DNA of 64,000 bases from an uncultured delta proteobacterium. GTDB taxonomy: Bacteria > Myxococcota > Myxococcia > Myxococcales > Anaeromyxobacteraceae. This document shows positions 9,575-21,897 of the stretch, in pieces (the stretch's first letter is position 1; each line of letters opens with the position of its first letter). Under the pieces are notes generated by a model. That model saw only the letters and a program-made list of their open reading frames with translations. It did no database searches and was not told the DNA's origin. The DNA is taken from the NCBI GenBank assembly GCA_963828255.1, contig CAWHDZ010000025.1:80627-144626 (forward strand), in the 5' to 3' direction. The position numbers were made by a program, and so were the translations under genes.

Positions 9575-11571
9575 CCGGCGCGCTCGCCCTGGCCGCTGTC
9601 GTGCTCGCCGCGTCGAGCGGCCTCCTCGGCCTCGCGCTGCGGGATCGCCCGGACCTGGGCCAGCGGCTCTCGGTGGGCGCTCTCTGCCTCGCCGCGGCGC
9701 TGGGGATCGCCGCGGCCGTCCCGGTGCTGGCCGGCTCCCCGGCCTTCGTGATCCACCTCTCCTGGAACCAGCCCCACGCCTCCCTCGCCTTCCGGCTCGA
9801 CGCCCTCTCGGCCCTCTTCCTCCTGCCCATCCTCTGCGTCCCGGCGCTGGGCGCGGTCTTCGGGATCGGCTACTGGCCCGCCGAGGAGCACGGTTCACGT
9901 GCGGTGAAGTTACAGCTCTGGTACGGCGGGGTCACCGGCTCCATGGCGCTCGTCGTCCTGGCCGACAACGCCATGCTCTTCATCCTGGCCTGGGAGGTGA
10001 TGGCGGTCTGTGGATTCTTCCTGGTCCGCGGCGAGCCCGACCGGAAGGACGCGCAGAAGGCCTCCTGGGTCTACCTGGCCGCCGCCCACGTGGGCACCTT
10101 CGCCATCCTCGCCTTCTTCGCCTCGGTGGGAAGCGCCCGGGGCAGCTTCGACTTCTCGGCCTGGGGCGGGCTCCAGGCCGGCGGCGCCGCGGCCTCCTGG
10201 CTTGCGCTGCTCGCGCTCCTGGGGTTCGGGCTCAAGGCCGGCCTGGTGCCGCTCCACTTCTGGCTGCCGGGCGCCCACGCCGCCGCGCCCAGCCACGTCT
10301 CGGCGGTGATGTCCGGCCTGGTGCTCAAGACCGGGATCTACGGCCTCTTCCGCACCGCCGGCTTCTTCGAGGCGCCGCCCGCCTCCTGGGGCGCGGTCCT
10401 CATGGTTCTGGGCGGGGTCTCCGGCGTGCTGGGCGTGGCGCTGGCGCTCGCCCAGCACGACCTCAAGCGGCTTCTCGCCTACCACTCGGTGGAGAACATC
10501 GGGATCATCACCATGGGGCTGGGGCTGGCGATGCTGGGGCGGTCCCGCGGGGAGCCGGGGCTCGTGCTGCTCGGCTTCGCCGGCGCGGCCCTCCACGTGG
10601 TGAACCACGCGCTCTTCAAGTCGCTGCTCTTCCTGGGAGCGGGGTCGGTGCAGCACGCCACCGGGACGCGCGACATCGAGCGGCTGGGCGGGCTCTCCCG
10701 CGCCATGCCCTGGACCGCCGGGCTCTTCCTGGTCGGCGCCGTCGCCATCAGCGGACTCCCGCCGCTCAACGGCTTCGTCTCGGAGTGGTTCGTGGCCCTG
10801 GGCGCGGTGTCGGCCCTCGAGCTGGCTCCGCTCGACCGGGCATCCTTCGCGGTGCTGGTGGCGCCTGTGCTGGCGCTCGTCGGCGCGCTGGCGGCGGCCT
10901 GCTTCGTGAAGGTGCAGGGGTCGGTCTTTCTGGGGAACCCCCGGACGCAGGAGGCGGTGCGGGCGAAGGAGTCACCGCGGGTGATGCTCGTCCCCATGGC
11001 GGTGCTGGCGGGGGCGTGCGTGATCATCGGCCTCGTGCCGGCGCTCTTCCTCGCGCCGCTCGCGCGAGGGGCGGCGGCGTGGTCGGGGATGGATCCCACC
11101 AGGCTGGCGGGGCCGGCTGGGGCAGCGAGCGGGACGGCGACGTGGGTGAGCGGGGTGGCGGTGCTGCTCGTGGCGATCGTCTCCGGTTTGTGGTTCCTGC
11201 GCCGCCGGCTCGGCGCCGGCGTTGCTGGGGAAGTCGCCGGGGAGACCTGGGCCTGCGGCTACGCGGCCCCCACCGCCCGGATGGCCTACACGGGCAGTTC
11301 CTTCGCCCAGATCCTGAACCAGGGCTTCCGCTGGGTGCTCTTCCCGCGGGTCCGCTTCGCACCGCCCCGGGGGCCGTTCCCCACCGGAGCCCGCTTCTCC
11401 ACCGAGCCCCGCGAGGCGGTTCTCGACCTGGCGCTCCTGCCCGCCGTCCGCGACTACATCTCCGCCACGTCCCGCGTGCGCGGCCTCATCGCCGGGAGGC
11501 TCCACCTCCAGGCCCTGCTCGTGCTCGCCACGCTGGTGGCGCTGCTCGCCTGGAGACTACTCTGGTGGTGA
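9571..11571 (+). CDS. hyfB: HyfB/NuoL-like proton-translocating subunit, copy 2
   Basis: KAGLVPLHFWLPGAHAAAPSH, DLKRLLAYHSVENIG, LPPLNGFVSEW; GTGA overlap with the upstream stop. Confidence 0.88.
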   Translation: MTGALALAAVVLAASSGLLGLALRDRPDLGQRLSVGALCLAAALGIAAAVPVLAGSPAFVIHLSWNQPHASLAFRLDALSALFLLPILCVPALGAVFGIGYWPAEEHGSRAVKLQLWYGGVTGSMALVVLADNAMLFILAWEVMAVCGFFLVRGEPDRKDAQKASWVYLAAAHVGTFAILAFFASVGSARGSFDFSAWGGLQAGGAAASWLALLALLGFGLKAGLVPLHFWLPGAHAAAPSHVSAVMSGLVLKTGIYGLFRTAGFFEAPPASWGAVLMVLGGVSGVLGVALALAQHDLKRLLAYHSVENIGIITMGLGLAMLGRSRGEPGLVLLGFAGAALHVVNHALFKSLLFLGAGSVQHATGTRDIERLGGLSRAMPWTAGLFLVGAVAISGLPPLNGFVSEWFVALGAVSALELAPLDRASFAVLVAPVLALVGALAAACFVKVQGSVFLGNPRTQEAVRAKESPRVMLVPMAVLAGACVIIGLVPALFLAPLARGAAAWSGMDPTRLAGPAGAASGTATWVSGVAVLLVAIVSGLWFLRRRLGAGVAGEVAGETWACGYAAPTARMAYTGSSFAQILNQGFRWVLFPRVRFAPPRGPFPTGARFSTEPREAVLDLALLPAVRDYISATSRVRGLIAGRLHLQALLVLATLVALLAWRLLWW

Positions 11572-11572
11572 C

Positions 11573-12484
11573 ATGATCCTGCGCGCGCTCTTCCAGATCG
11601 GGATCCTCCTCGTCCTGCCCCCGCTCCTCCTCGGGGTGGTGAACCGGGTGAAGGCCATCGTCGCCGGCCGGCAGGGGCCCCCGCTGCTCCAGCTCTACTT
11701 CGACGTCTGGAAGCTGCTCCAGAAGGGTGCGGTCTACAGCCGGACGACGACCTGGGTGTTCCGGGCCGGCCCCATCGTCGGGCTCGCCGCCGTGGCCACG
11801 GCCGGGACCATGCTCCCGGTGGCCGGCCAGCCGGCCCTCTTCTCCTTCGCCGGCGACTTCGTCCTCTTCGCCTACCTGCTCGCGCTGGCCCGCTTCGCCA
11901 CCGCGCTCGCCGCGCTCGACACCGGCTCGTCCTTCGAGGGCATGGGGGCGGCCCGCGAGGTCTCCTTCGCCAGCATGGCCGAGCCGGCGCTCTTCCTGGT
12001 GCTGGTGGTGATGGCCCGGGCCACCGGCTCCCTGTCGCTCTCCGGGATGCTCGGGCCGGCGCTCGCTCCGGCCTGGCGCGCCGCCGCCCCGGCCCTGCTC
12101 CTCTCCGCCATCGCCCTCTTCGTTGTGGCGCTGGCCGAGAACTCCCGCATCCCGGTGGACGACCCCAACACCCACCTCGAGCTGACCATGATCCACGAGG
12201 TCATGGTGCTCGACCACTCCGGCCCCGACCTGGCCTTCATCCTCTACGGCGCCTCGCTCAAGTTCTTCCTCTTCGGCGCCCTCTTCGTGCGGCTGGTCGC
12301 CGACGTGGGGATCGCCGGGCTCTGGGCCGCCGAGGCGGTCTTCGTGGTCGAGCTCGTCGGCTTCGCCATCCTGGTCGGCGTGGTCGAGTCGGTCATGGCG
12401 CGCCTCCGGCTCACCCGGGTCCCGCAGATGCTGGTGGGCGCCTCGGTCCTCTCGATCTTCGCGCTGGTCCTTCTCCTGAGGTGA
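11573..12484 (+). CDS. hyfC: HyfC/HycD (NuoH-like) membrane subunit
   Basis: GRQGPPLLQ, GMGAARE, AENSRIPVD, THLELTMIHEVM. Confidence 0.9.
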   Translation: MILRALFQIGILLVLPPLLLGVVNRVKAIVAGRQGPPLLQLYFDVWKLLQKGAVYSRTTTWVFRAGPIVGLAAVATAGTMLPVAGQPALFSFAGDFVLFAYLLALARFATALAALDTGSSFEGMGAAREVSFASMAEPALFLVLVVMARATGSLSLSGMLGPALAPAWRAAAPALLLSAIALFVVALAENSRIPVDDPNTHLELTMIHEVMVLDHSGPDLAFILYGASLKFFLFGALFVRLVADVGIAGLWAAEAVFVVELVGFAILVGVVESVMARLRLTRVPQMLVGASVLSIFALVLLLR

Positions 12485-13134
12485 ACGTGGGCGCCTGGAC
12501 CGACATGGCCTTCATCCTGGTGGTGGTCCTCGACCTCTTCCTGCTGGCCTCGAGCCGGCTGGGGGCCGCCATCCGCGCCGTGGCGCTGCAGGGGGCGCTG
12601 CTCTCCCTGCTGGCGCTCCTGCTCACCGGCTCCGGCCACAGCGTCGGCCACATGCTGGTGGTCGCCGGCGGCGCGCTGGCCATCAAGGCCTTCCTCATTC
12701 CCTGGCTCATGTTCCGGGCCATCCGCGAGATGACCATCCGGCGCGAGATGGAGCCCTTGGTGGGCTACGTACCGTCCATGATCCTGGGCGGCGTGGGCGT
12801 GGTGCTCTCCTTCGCCTTCTCCCGCGGGCTCCCGCTGCCCACCAGCGAGATGCACCCCTTCCTGGTGCCCACCGCGCTGGCCACGGTGTGGACCGGCCTG
12901 CTGCTCGTGGTGGGCCGGCGCAAGGCGGTCACCCAGGTGCTGGGCTTCCTGGTGCTCGAGAACGGGGTCTTCGTCTTCGGGCTGCTGCTCACCGACTTCA
13001 TGCCGGTGATGGTGGAGGCGGGCGTGCTGCTCGACCTGCTGGCCGCGGTCTTCGTGATGGGCATCGTCATGTTCCAGATCAACCGGGAGTTCGCCTCCCT
13101 CGACACCGACGCGCTCTCGTCGCTCAAGGACTAG
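12481..13134 (+). CDS. hyfE: HyfE-like membrane subunit
   Basis: Hydrophobic; QVLGFLVLENGV, VEAGVLLD; operon position. Confidence 0.88.
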   Translation: MNVGAWTDMAFILVVVLDLFLLASSRLGAAIRAVALQGALLSLLALLLTGSGHSVGHMLVVAGGALAIKAFLIPWLMFRAIREMTIRREMEPLVGYVPSMILGGVGVVLSFAFSRGLPLPTSEMHPFLVPTALATVWTGLLLVVGRRKAVTQVLGFLVLENGVFVFGLLLTDFMPVMVEAGVLLDLLAAVFVMGIVMFQINREFASLDTDALSSLKD

Positions 13135-13140
13135 GACGCG

Positions 13141-14571
13141 ATGATCCTCTTCGTCATCCTGGTCCCTTTCACGCTTGGTGCGGTGGCCTTCGCCTGGCCC
13201 GACAACCGGACCCGCCCGGCCCTGCTGGTCGCAGGCTCGGTCCTGCACGTGCTCGGCATCGCCTCGCTCTGGATCCACCCCGAGGGGCCGGTGATGAACG
13301 GCTACCTCTTCCTCGACGCCGCCGGGAAGGTGGTCGTCACCACCACGTCGGCCCTCTTCCTGGCCAGCGCCATCTACGCCCAGGGCTACCTGCGCCACCG
13401 CGCCGACCGGGACAACCGGGTCTTCGTGGGCGGGCTCCTCGTCCTGCTCTCCGCCATGACCACGGTGGGGATGGCCCAGCACCTGGGCGTCCTCTGGGTG
13501 GCCATCGAGATCACCACCCTGGCCACCGCGCCGCTCATCTACTTCAACCACAACGCCAGGTCGCTCGAGGCGGCCTGGAAGTACCTGCTCGTCTCCTCCC
13601 TGGGCATCGCGCTGGCGCTCCTCGGGACCTTCTTCCTGGCCCTCTCCGGCGCAGGCCCCGGCGGCCCGAAGTCGCTGCTCCTCGAGGACCTGATCCGCGC
13701 CGGCCCCCAGCTCTCCCAGCCCTGGGTGCGGGCCGCCTTCGTCTTCCTGCTGGTGGGCTATGGCACCAAGATGGGGCTCGCCCCGCTCCACTCCTGGAAG
13801 CCGGACGCCTACGGGGAGGCCCCCGGGTTGCTGGGCGCGCTGCTCGCCGGGGGCATCACCAACTTCGCCTTCCTCTCGGTGGTTCGGGTGCTCCAGGTCA
13901 CCACCGCCGCCGGCGAGGGGGCCTTCGCCCGCGACGCCCTGCTCGGCCTCGGGCTCCTCTCCATGGCGCTGGCCGCGGTCTTCATGGCGGGGCAGCGGGA
14001 CTTCAAGCGGATGCTGGCCTACTCCAGCGTGGAGCACATGGGCATCCTGGCCGTTGCGCTGGGGCTGGGCGGCTCGGCCGTGACCGGCGCCTTCTACCAC
14101 GTGCTCAACAACGGGCTCGCCAAGGGGGTCCTCTTTTTGACCGCCGGGAACATCCACCGCGCGTACGGGTCGAAGCGGATCGACGAGGTGCGCGGCGCGT
14201 CCCGCCGCCTGCCCATCTCCGGGCCGCTCTTCCTGGCCGGATTCCTGGCGGTGACCGGGACCCCGCCCTTCAGCCCGTTCTGGAGCGAGTTCATGATCCT
14301 GAACGGCGCCATCGCGTCCGGGCGCTACGTGGTGGCCGGCCTCTTCCTCCTCTTCCTGGCGGTGATCTTCATCGGCATGGGGGCCACGGTGCTCCACGTG
14401 GTGCAGGGGAGCGACGAGGGGGCGCCGGAGGTGCCCGGCTACCGGGAGAGCTGGCTCACCGCCGGGCCGCCGCTCGTCCTCATGCTGGCCGTGCTGGCGC
14501 TCGGCCTCTGGCTGCCCCGGCCGCTCCTGGGGCTCTTCACGGCCGCGGCGCGGCTCTTGACGGGGGCCTGA
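13141..14571 (+). CDS. hyfF: HyfF-like proton-conducting subunit
   Basis: LEAAWKY, GYGTKMGLAPLHSWKPDAYGEAP, KRMLAYSSVEHMG. Confidence 0.9.
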   Translation: MILFVILVPFTLGAVAFAWPDNRTRPALLVAGSVLHVLGIASLWIHPEGPVMNGYLFLDAAGKVVVTTTSALFLASAIYAQGYLRHRADRDNRVFVGGLLVLLSAMTTVGMAQHLGVLWVAIEITTLATAPLIYFNHNARSLEAAWKYLLVSSLGIALALLGTFFLALSGAGPGGPKSLLLEDLIRAGPQLSQPWVRAAFVFLLVGYGTKMGLAPLHSWKPDAYGEAPGLLGALLAGGITNFAFLSVVRVLQVTTAAGEGAFARDALLGLGLLSMALAAVFMAGQRDFKRMLAYSSVEHMGILAVALGLGGSAVTGAFYHVLNNGLAKGVLFLTAGNIHRAYGSKRIDEVRGASRRLPISGPLFLAGFLAVTGTPPFSPFWSEFMILNGAIASGRYVVAGLFLLFLAVIFIGMGATVLHVVQGSDEGAPEVPGYRESWLTAGPPLVLMLAVLALGLWLPRPLLGLFTAAARLLTGA

Positions 14572-14572
14572 C

Positions 14573-16090
14573 ATGACGACCCGCCTCCTCCAGGCCTGGA
14601 ACGCCGAGGCCTTCGACTCGGGCGACGTCCCCATCCTCCCGGTGGACGAGTTCCAGCAGATCGTCGCCGACACCATCGCCGCCGGGGCGCGGGTCTCGAG
14701 CTATTCGGGGCGCACCGACGGGCAGCGCACCCGGGTGACCGCGGTGCTGGCCGACGACGCCCAGGGGCGGCTGGGCGTGCTCTCCTGCCGGGTGGGCCCC
14801 TCCTGGCCCTCGCTGGCCGCCGAGTGCCCGTCCATCCAGGCCTTCGAACGGGAGATCTTCGAGCAGTTCGGCGTGCGGCCGGAGGGGCACCCCTGGCTGA
14901 AGCCGCTCCGCTTCGAGCCTCCCATCGCACCCGGAGTCGATCCCTGGGGGCGCGTGGCGAAGCCCACCACCATCCCCGGCGACTACCCCTTCTTCCGCGT
15001 CGAGGGGGAGGAGGTGCACGAGGTGGCGGTGGGGCCGGTGCACGCCGGCGTCATCGAGCCCGGACACTTCCGCTTCCAGTGCCACGGCGAGCACGTCTTC
15101 ACGCTGGAGATCGTCCTGGGCTACCAGCACCGCGGGGTCGAGCGGCTGCTCCTGGGCGGGCCGGACCGGCGCACGGTGACGCTCCTCGAGTCGGTGGCCG
15201 GGGACACCGCGGTGGGGAACGCCATCACCCACGCCAACGCGGTGGAGGCCCTGGCCGGCTTCCAGATCCCGGCCCGGGCCTCGGTGCTGCGCGGCGTGGC
15301 CCTCGAGCTGGAGCGGCTCGCCAACCACGTCGGCGATCTCGGGATGATGGCCGGGGACGTGGGCTTCCTGCCCGCGGCCAGCTCCTGCGGCGCGCTGCGC
15401 GCCGATTTCCTGAACGCCCTGGCCGAGATCTGCGGCAACCGGTTCGGGCGCGGGCTGGTCGTGCCCGGCGGGGTCCGCTTCGACCTCGACGCCGACGCGG
15501 CCTCGCGCCTCGCCGACAGGCTGCAGAAGGCCTGGGAGCGCGTGGAGGGGGCCACGCGCCTCCTCTTCGAGTCACCCTCGGTGCGCAACCGCTTCGACGG
15601 CACCGGCGTGGTGAGCCGCGGGACCTGCGTGGAGCTCGGGCTGGTGGGCCCGGCGGCGCGGGCCTGCGGGGTCTCCCGCGACGTGCGGCGCGACCACGCC
15701 ACCGGGGTCTTCCGCTTCCTCCACGTGCCGGTGGTCACCGGCGAGACCGGCGACGTCTTCGCGCGCGGCTGGGTTCGCAGGCTCGAGGCGGAGCGCAGCA
15801 TGGAGTTCGTGCTGCGACAGCTCCGCGCCCTCCCCGGCGGGCCGGTCCGCGCCCCCTGCCCGCTCCCCCGACCGGCGCGGCTCGTGGTCTCGCTCACCGA
15901 GGGCTGGCGCGGGGAGCTCTGCCACGTGGTGGAGACCGACCGGGACGGCGCCTTCCTCCGCTACAAGCTCGTGGACCCCTCGTTCCACAACTGGATGGGG
16001 CTCGCGCTGGCGATGCGGGCCGAGCAGATCTCCGACTTCCCCCTCTGCAACAAGAGCTTCAACCTCTCCTACTGCGGGCACGACCTCTGA
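14573..16090 (+). CDS. HyfG/HycE-like large subunit lacking NiFe ligands (EhrL-type)
   Basis: EVAVGPVHAGVIEPGHFRF, GYQHRG, ELERLANH, EGWRGE; no RxCxxC or DPCxxC. Confidence 0.88.
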   Translation: MTTRLLQAWNAEAFDSGDVPILPVDEFQQIVADTIAAGARVSSYSGRTDGQRTRVTAVLADDAQGRLGVLSCRVGPSWPSLAAECPSIQAFEREIFEQFGVRPEGHPWLKPLRFEPPIAPGVDPWGRVAKPTTIPGDYPFFRVEGEEVHEVAVGPVHAGVIEPGHFRFQCHGEHVFTLEIVLGYQHRGVERLLLGGPDRRTVTLLESVAGDTAVGNAITHANAVEALAGFQIPARASVLRGVALELERLANHVGDLGMMAGDVGFLPAASSCGALRADFLNALAEICGNRFGRGLVVPGGVRFDLDADAASRLADRLQKAWERVEGATRLLFESPSVRNRFDGTGVVSRGTCVELGLVGPAARACGVSRDVRRDHATGVFRFLHVPVVTGETGDVFARGWVRRLEAERSMEFVLRQLRALPGGPVRAPCPLPRPARLVVSLTEGWRGELCHVVETDRDGAFLRYKLVDPSFHNWMGLALAMRAEQISDFPLCNKSFNLSYCGHDL

Positions 16091-16857
16091 TGGACGGCAT
16101 CCCCGGCATCCTCCAGTTCCGCGTCGGCTTCGGCCGGCAGACCGTGGCCTACCCCGCGGGCCCGGCCCGCTTCCCGGAGCGCTTCCGGGGGCTCCCCGTG
16201 CTGGACGCCCGGCAGGGCGACGGCGGCCGCGCCGGTGCGGCCATCTGCCCCACCCAGGCGGTGCGCGATGCGGGCGGTCCGGGCCTGGCCATCGACCTGG
16301 GGCGCTGCACCTTCTGCGGCCTGTGCGAGGAGGTGAGCCCCGGGGCGATCCGGTTCACCGGCGACCACCGTCTCGCGGCGCGGACGCGGCAGGAACTGGC
16401 GGTGAACGGGAAGGAGGCGCTGCTCGCCGCCGCCCTCGACGAGAGGACGCGGAAGCTCTTCGGCAGGTCGCTGCGGCTGCGCCAGGTGTCGGCGGCGGGG
16501 TGCAACGGCTGCGAGGCGGAGCTGAACGCCGCGGGAAACATCCAGTTCGACATGTCCCGCTTCGGCGTGGCCTTCGTGGCCTCGCCGCGCCACGCGGACG
16601 GGATCGTGGTGACCGGGCCGGTGTCGGTGAACATGCGGGAGGCCCTGCTCAAGACCTGGGAGGCGGTCCCGGCTCCGCGGCTGGTCATCGCGGTGGGGGC
16701 GTGCGCCTGCTCGGGGGGGATCTTCCGCGACAGCCCGGTGCAGTCGAACGGGATGCCGGGGGTGCCGGAGATCCCGGTGGACCTGTGGGTGGCGGGGTGT
16801 CCCCCGCATCCGATCACGTTCATCGACGGGGTGCTGCGGTTGCTGGGGAGGTTGTAG
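16090..16857 (+). CDS. Ferredoxin + NuoB/HyfI-like small subunit fusion (EhrS-type)
   Basis: CTFCGLC; GCNGCE, SPRHAD, GACACSGG, GCPPHP; TGATG coupling to the upstream gene. Confidence 0.88.
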   Translation: MDGIPGILQFRVGFGRQTVAYPAGPARFPERFRGLPVLDARQGDGGRAGAAICPTQAVRDAGGPGLAIDLGRCTFCGLCEEVSPGAIRFTGDHRLAARTRQELAVNGKEALLAAALDERTRKLFGRSLRLRQVSAAGCNGCEAELNAAGNIQFDMSRFGVAFVASPRHADGIVVTGPVSVNMREALLKTWEAVPAPRLVIAVGACACSGGIFRDSPVQSNGMPGVPEIPVDLWVAGCPPHPITFIDGVLRLLGRL

Positions 16858-16859
16858 CA

Positions 16860-16879
16860 GCGTCCAACCGGTTGGACGC
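16860..16879. repeat. Perfect 20-bp palindrome GCGTCCAACCGGTTGGACGC
   Basis: Read directly; 3 nt after the Ehr operon stop codon. Confidence 0.7.
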
Positions 16880-16996
16880 ACCTGACCCACCCCGAACGGG
16901 CGAGGCACCTAACCCGTGAGCGGCGCGGGCCGAATCCGGCGACGTTGTGATGAACCGGTACGCGAGGAACCCGGTCCTGCGCGAGCCTTGCGCCGT

Positions 16997-17347
16997 CTAC
17001 TGCGTAGACGGCGCTGCAGGAGGAGGCGGCGTCACCAGCGGCCCGTGCACCACGGGCGGAAGCACCGCCATCGGCATCGGCGGCTGCGGCATGGCGATCC
17101 AGAGCGCGATGTACACGATGATCCCCCACCCTCCGGCGAAGATGGAGAGGATGAAGAGCACGCGCACGAGCGCAAGCGGGACCGCGAACCGGTCGGCGAG
17201 GCCGCGGCAGACGCCGGCGATCATCTTGCCCTCGCGGGCGCGGTACCACTCCCGCTGCATGGGGGGCTGGGCCATCCAGCTCGTGCAGTGGCGGCAGCGG
17301 ACGGCGCCGGTCTCGTTCTCGGTGCGGCAGTACGGGCAGGTGACCAT
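16997..17347 (-). CDS. Zinc-ribbon + PspC domain protein
   Basis: CPYC...CRHC; YRAREGKMIAGVCRGLADRF...YIALWIAMP. Confidence 0.88.
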   Translation of the reverse strand: MVTCPYCRTENETGAVRCRHCTSWMAQPPMQREWYRAREGKMIAGVCRGLADRFAVPLALVRVLFILSIFAGGWGIIVYIALWIAMPQPPMPMAVLPPVVHGPLVTPPPPAAPSTQ

Positions 17348-17430
17348 TTGATCTTCTCCTCCGTTCCCTCCCCCTACGGCCGGGGAGAACCTCTATTTCA
17401 ACGCCATCCCGGGGCGATGTAGAAGGACTC

Positions 17431-18546
17431 GTGTTCCTGCGCGCGATATTGCTGCCGTTTCTCTGGACGCGCCTCCTCCTCGTTGGGGTGGCCTGGTTCG
17501 GCGTCCAGATGTCGGTGAGCTGGACCTACCCGTTTCCGGAGGCAGCCCGGCGGGGGTGGGCCTTCGTGCCGGCGCCATGGCTCGACGCCTTCGGACGCTG
17601 GGACGCGCACTGGTACCTGGACGTGGCGTCGCGGGGGTACGAGCTTCGCGGCCCGCTCGGCTCGGTGCAGTCCAACGTGGCCTTCTTCCCGCTCTACCCT
17701 TGGACGGTGCGGGCGCTCCACGCGCTCCTGCCTGGCCAGGGCGAGGCGTCGTGGTTCATCGCCGCCATGGCGGTCTCGAACGCGGCGCTGATCGGCGCGC
17801 TCTGGCTCCTCTGGCGGCTCGCCCGGGACCTCGCGGACGAGGAGGCTGCGACGCGCACGGTTCTCTACACCCTCCTCTTCCCGGCCGGGTTCGTCCTCTC
17901 GGCGCCCTATCCCGAGGCGCTCTTCCTGCTCCTCTCGGTGGCGAGCCTCTCGGCGGCGACGAAGGGGCGGCCAGGCCGCGCCGGCCTGCTCGGGCTCCTT
18001 CTGGCGCTCACCCGGCCCGGGGGCGTCCTGGTGGCCTTGCCGCTCGCCTGGATCGCCTTCGAGCGGGGCGGACGCAGGCTCCCGGCGCTGGCCGCCGCGG
18101 CGCTGCCCGGGTTGGGGCTCGCCGCCCACGCCGCGAACCTCTGGCGCGTCACCGGCGACCCGTGGGCGCTGTTCCACGCCCAGGCGGCCTGGGGCCGGGC
18201 CCTCGCCACCCCATGGCAAACCCTGCTGCACCCCCGGGACTTCCACCCCTGGATGGGACCGATGGATGCCCTGGCGATCCTGCTCGTGGCAGGGCTCTCG
18301 GCCTGGCTCCTCACCCGGAAGGAGACCCGGGCATGCGGGATCTGGGCGCTCGTGTCGCTCGTCCCGGTGCTGCTCTCCGGGACGCTCCTCTCCTCGGTCC
18401 GGTTCGCCTCGGTGCTCTTCCCGGCCTTCCTCGCGCTGGGAATCCTCGGACGGCGGCCGGAACTGGATCGGGCGGCGGTGATCGGATTCTCATTCGCCCA
18501 GGCCACCCTCTTCTTCTTCTGGGCGCGCTTCTTCTGGGTGGGTTAG
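17431..18546 (+). CDS. GT-C membrane mannosyltransferase (PIG-V-like)
   Basis: RWDAHWYLDVA..GY, AFFPLYP, YPEALF, TRPGG; polytopic. Confidence 0.8.
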   Translation: MFLRAILLPFLWTRLLLVGVAWFGVQMSVSWTYPFPEAARRGWAFVPAPWLDAFGRWDAHWYLDVASRGYELRGPLGSVQSNVAFFPLYPWTVRALHALLPGQGEASWFIAAMAVSNAALIGALWLLWRLARDLADEEAATRTVLYTLLFPAGFVLSAPYPEALFLLLSVASLSAATKGRPGRAGLLGLLLALTRPGGVLVALPLAWIAFERGGRRLPALAAAALPGLGLAAHAANLWRVTGDPWALFHAQAAWGRALATPWQTLLHPRDFHPWMGPMDALAILLVAGLSAWLLTRKETRACGIWALVSLVPVLLSGTLLSSVRFASVLFPAFLALGILGRRPELDRAAVIGFSFAQATLFFFWARFFWVG

Positions 18547-18558
18547 GACGCTCCGACC

Positions 18559-21216
<2,658 letters not shown>

Positions 21217-21265
21217 GGCCGGTCGAAATCTGGCATCGGGGCGGGGCGGCGGCACAATCCCCGCC

Positions 21266-21571
21266 ATGAGCCTCTTCGACGCCCTGTCCGTGGCCGCCCT
21301 TGCGGCATCGCTGGTCCTCCTCTTCGACGCCGGGGCGCGGGTGCCGGCGCTGGCGGCGGTGCTGGCCGCGGGGCTGCAGGCCGGGATCCTGTTCCACGTC
21401 TTGCAGGTCCGGACCGGGAGCTTCCCGCTGACCCTGGCGCTGTCCTTCGCGGTGCTGGCCGCGGCGGGCTACGCCTGGACGCGGGCCCAGGCCAAGCCAG
21501 GGGTGACGGCCGCGACGGCGGCGGTGCTGGCCGGAGCGATCCAGATCCTGCGGGGATTCAAGCTGGTGTAG
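21266..21571 (+). CDS. Small hypothetical membrane protein (about 4 TM)
   Basis: 101 aa hydrophobic ORF filling the gap. Confidence 0.6.
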   Translation: MSLFDALSVAALAASLVLLFDAGARVPALAAVLAAGLQAGILFHVLQVRTGSFPLTLALSFAVLAAAGYAWTRAQAKPGVTAATAAVLAGAIQILRGFKLV

Positions 21572-21585
21572 GGCGGGCCCCTTCG

Positions 21586-21897
21586 TCAGACACCCTTCAG
21601 CCGGATCTCCCTGCCCTTCAGGCGGGCCACGATCTCGATCTCGCCGCCCAGCGCCTCGACGTAGCGCCGGATGGTGGAGATGCGGTGGTCCTTGCGCCGC
21701 TCGGCGCGGGACAGCTCCCCCTGGTGCATCTTCGCCTTCTTCGCGACCTCTACCTGGGTCTTGCCGGCGAGCTTGCGGAGCTCGGCGAGCTCCATGCGTA
21801 GGGTCTCCCGGCGGACATAGCGGTCGGTGGCGGCGATCTGCTCCGGGGTGAAGTACTTCCGCCGGATGTCCTCCCACCTCTGGAGTCTCGGGGTCAT
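21586..21897 (-). CDS. XRE-family HTH antitoxin (HigA-like)
   Basis: LAELRKLAGKTQVEVAKK...QGELSRAE...ISTIRRYVEALGGEIEI; ATG with GGAGG RBS overlapping the toxin stop. Confidence 0.87.
   Translation of the reverse strand: MTPRLQRWEDIRRKYFTPEQIAATDRYVRRETLRMELAELRKLAGKTQVEVAKKAKMHQGELSRAERRKDHRISTIRRYVEALGGEIEIVARLKGREIRLKGV

Noticed and set aside
14573..16090. Functional NiFe hydrogenase / formate hydrogenlyase
   Set aside because: L1 and L2 cysteine motifs are absent
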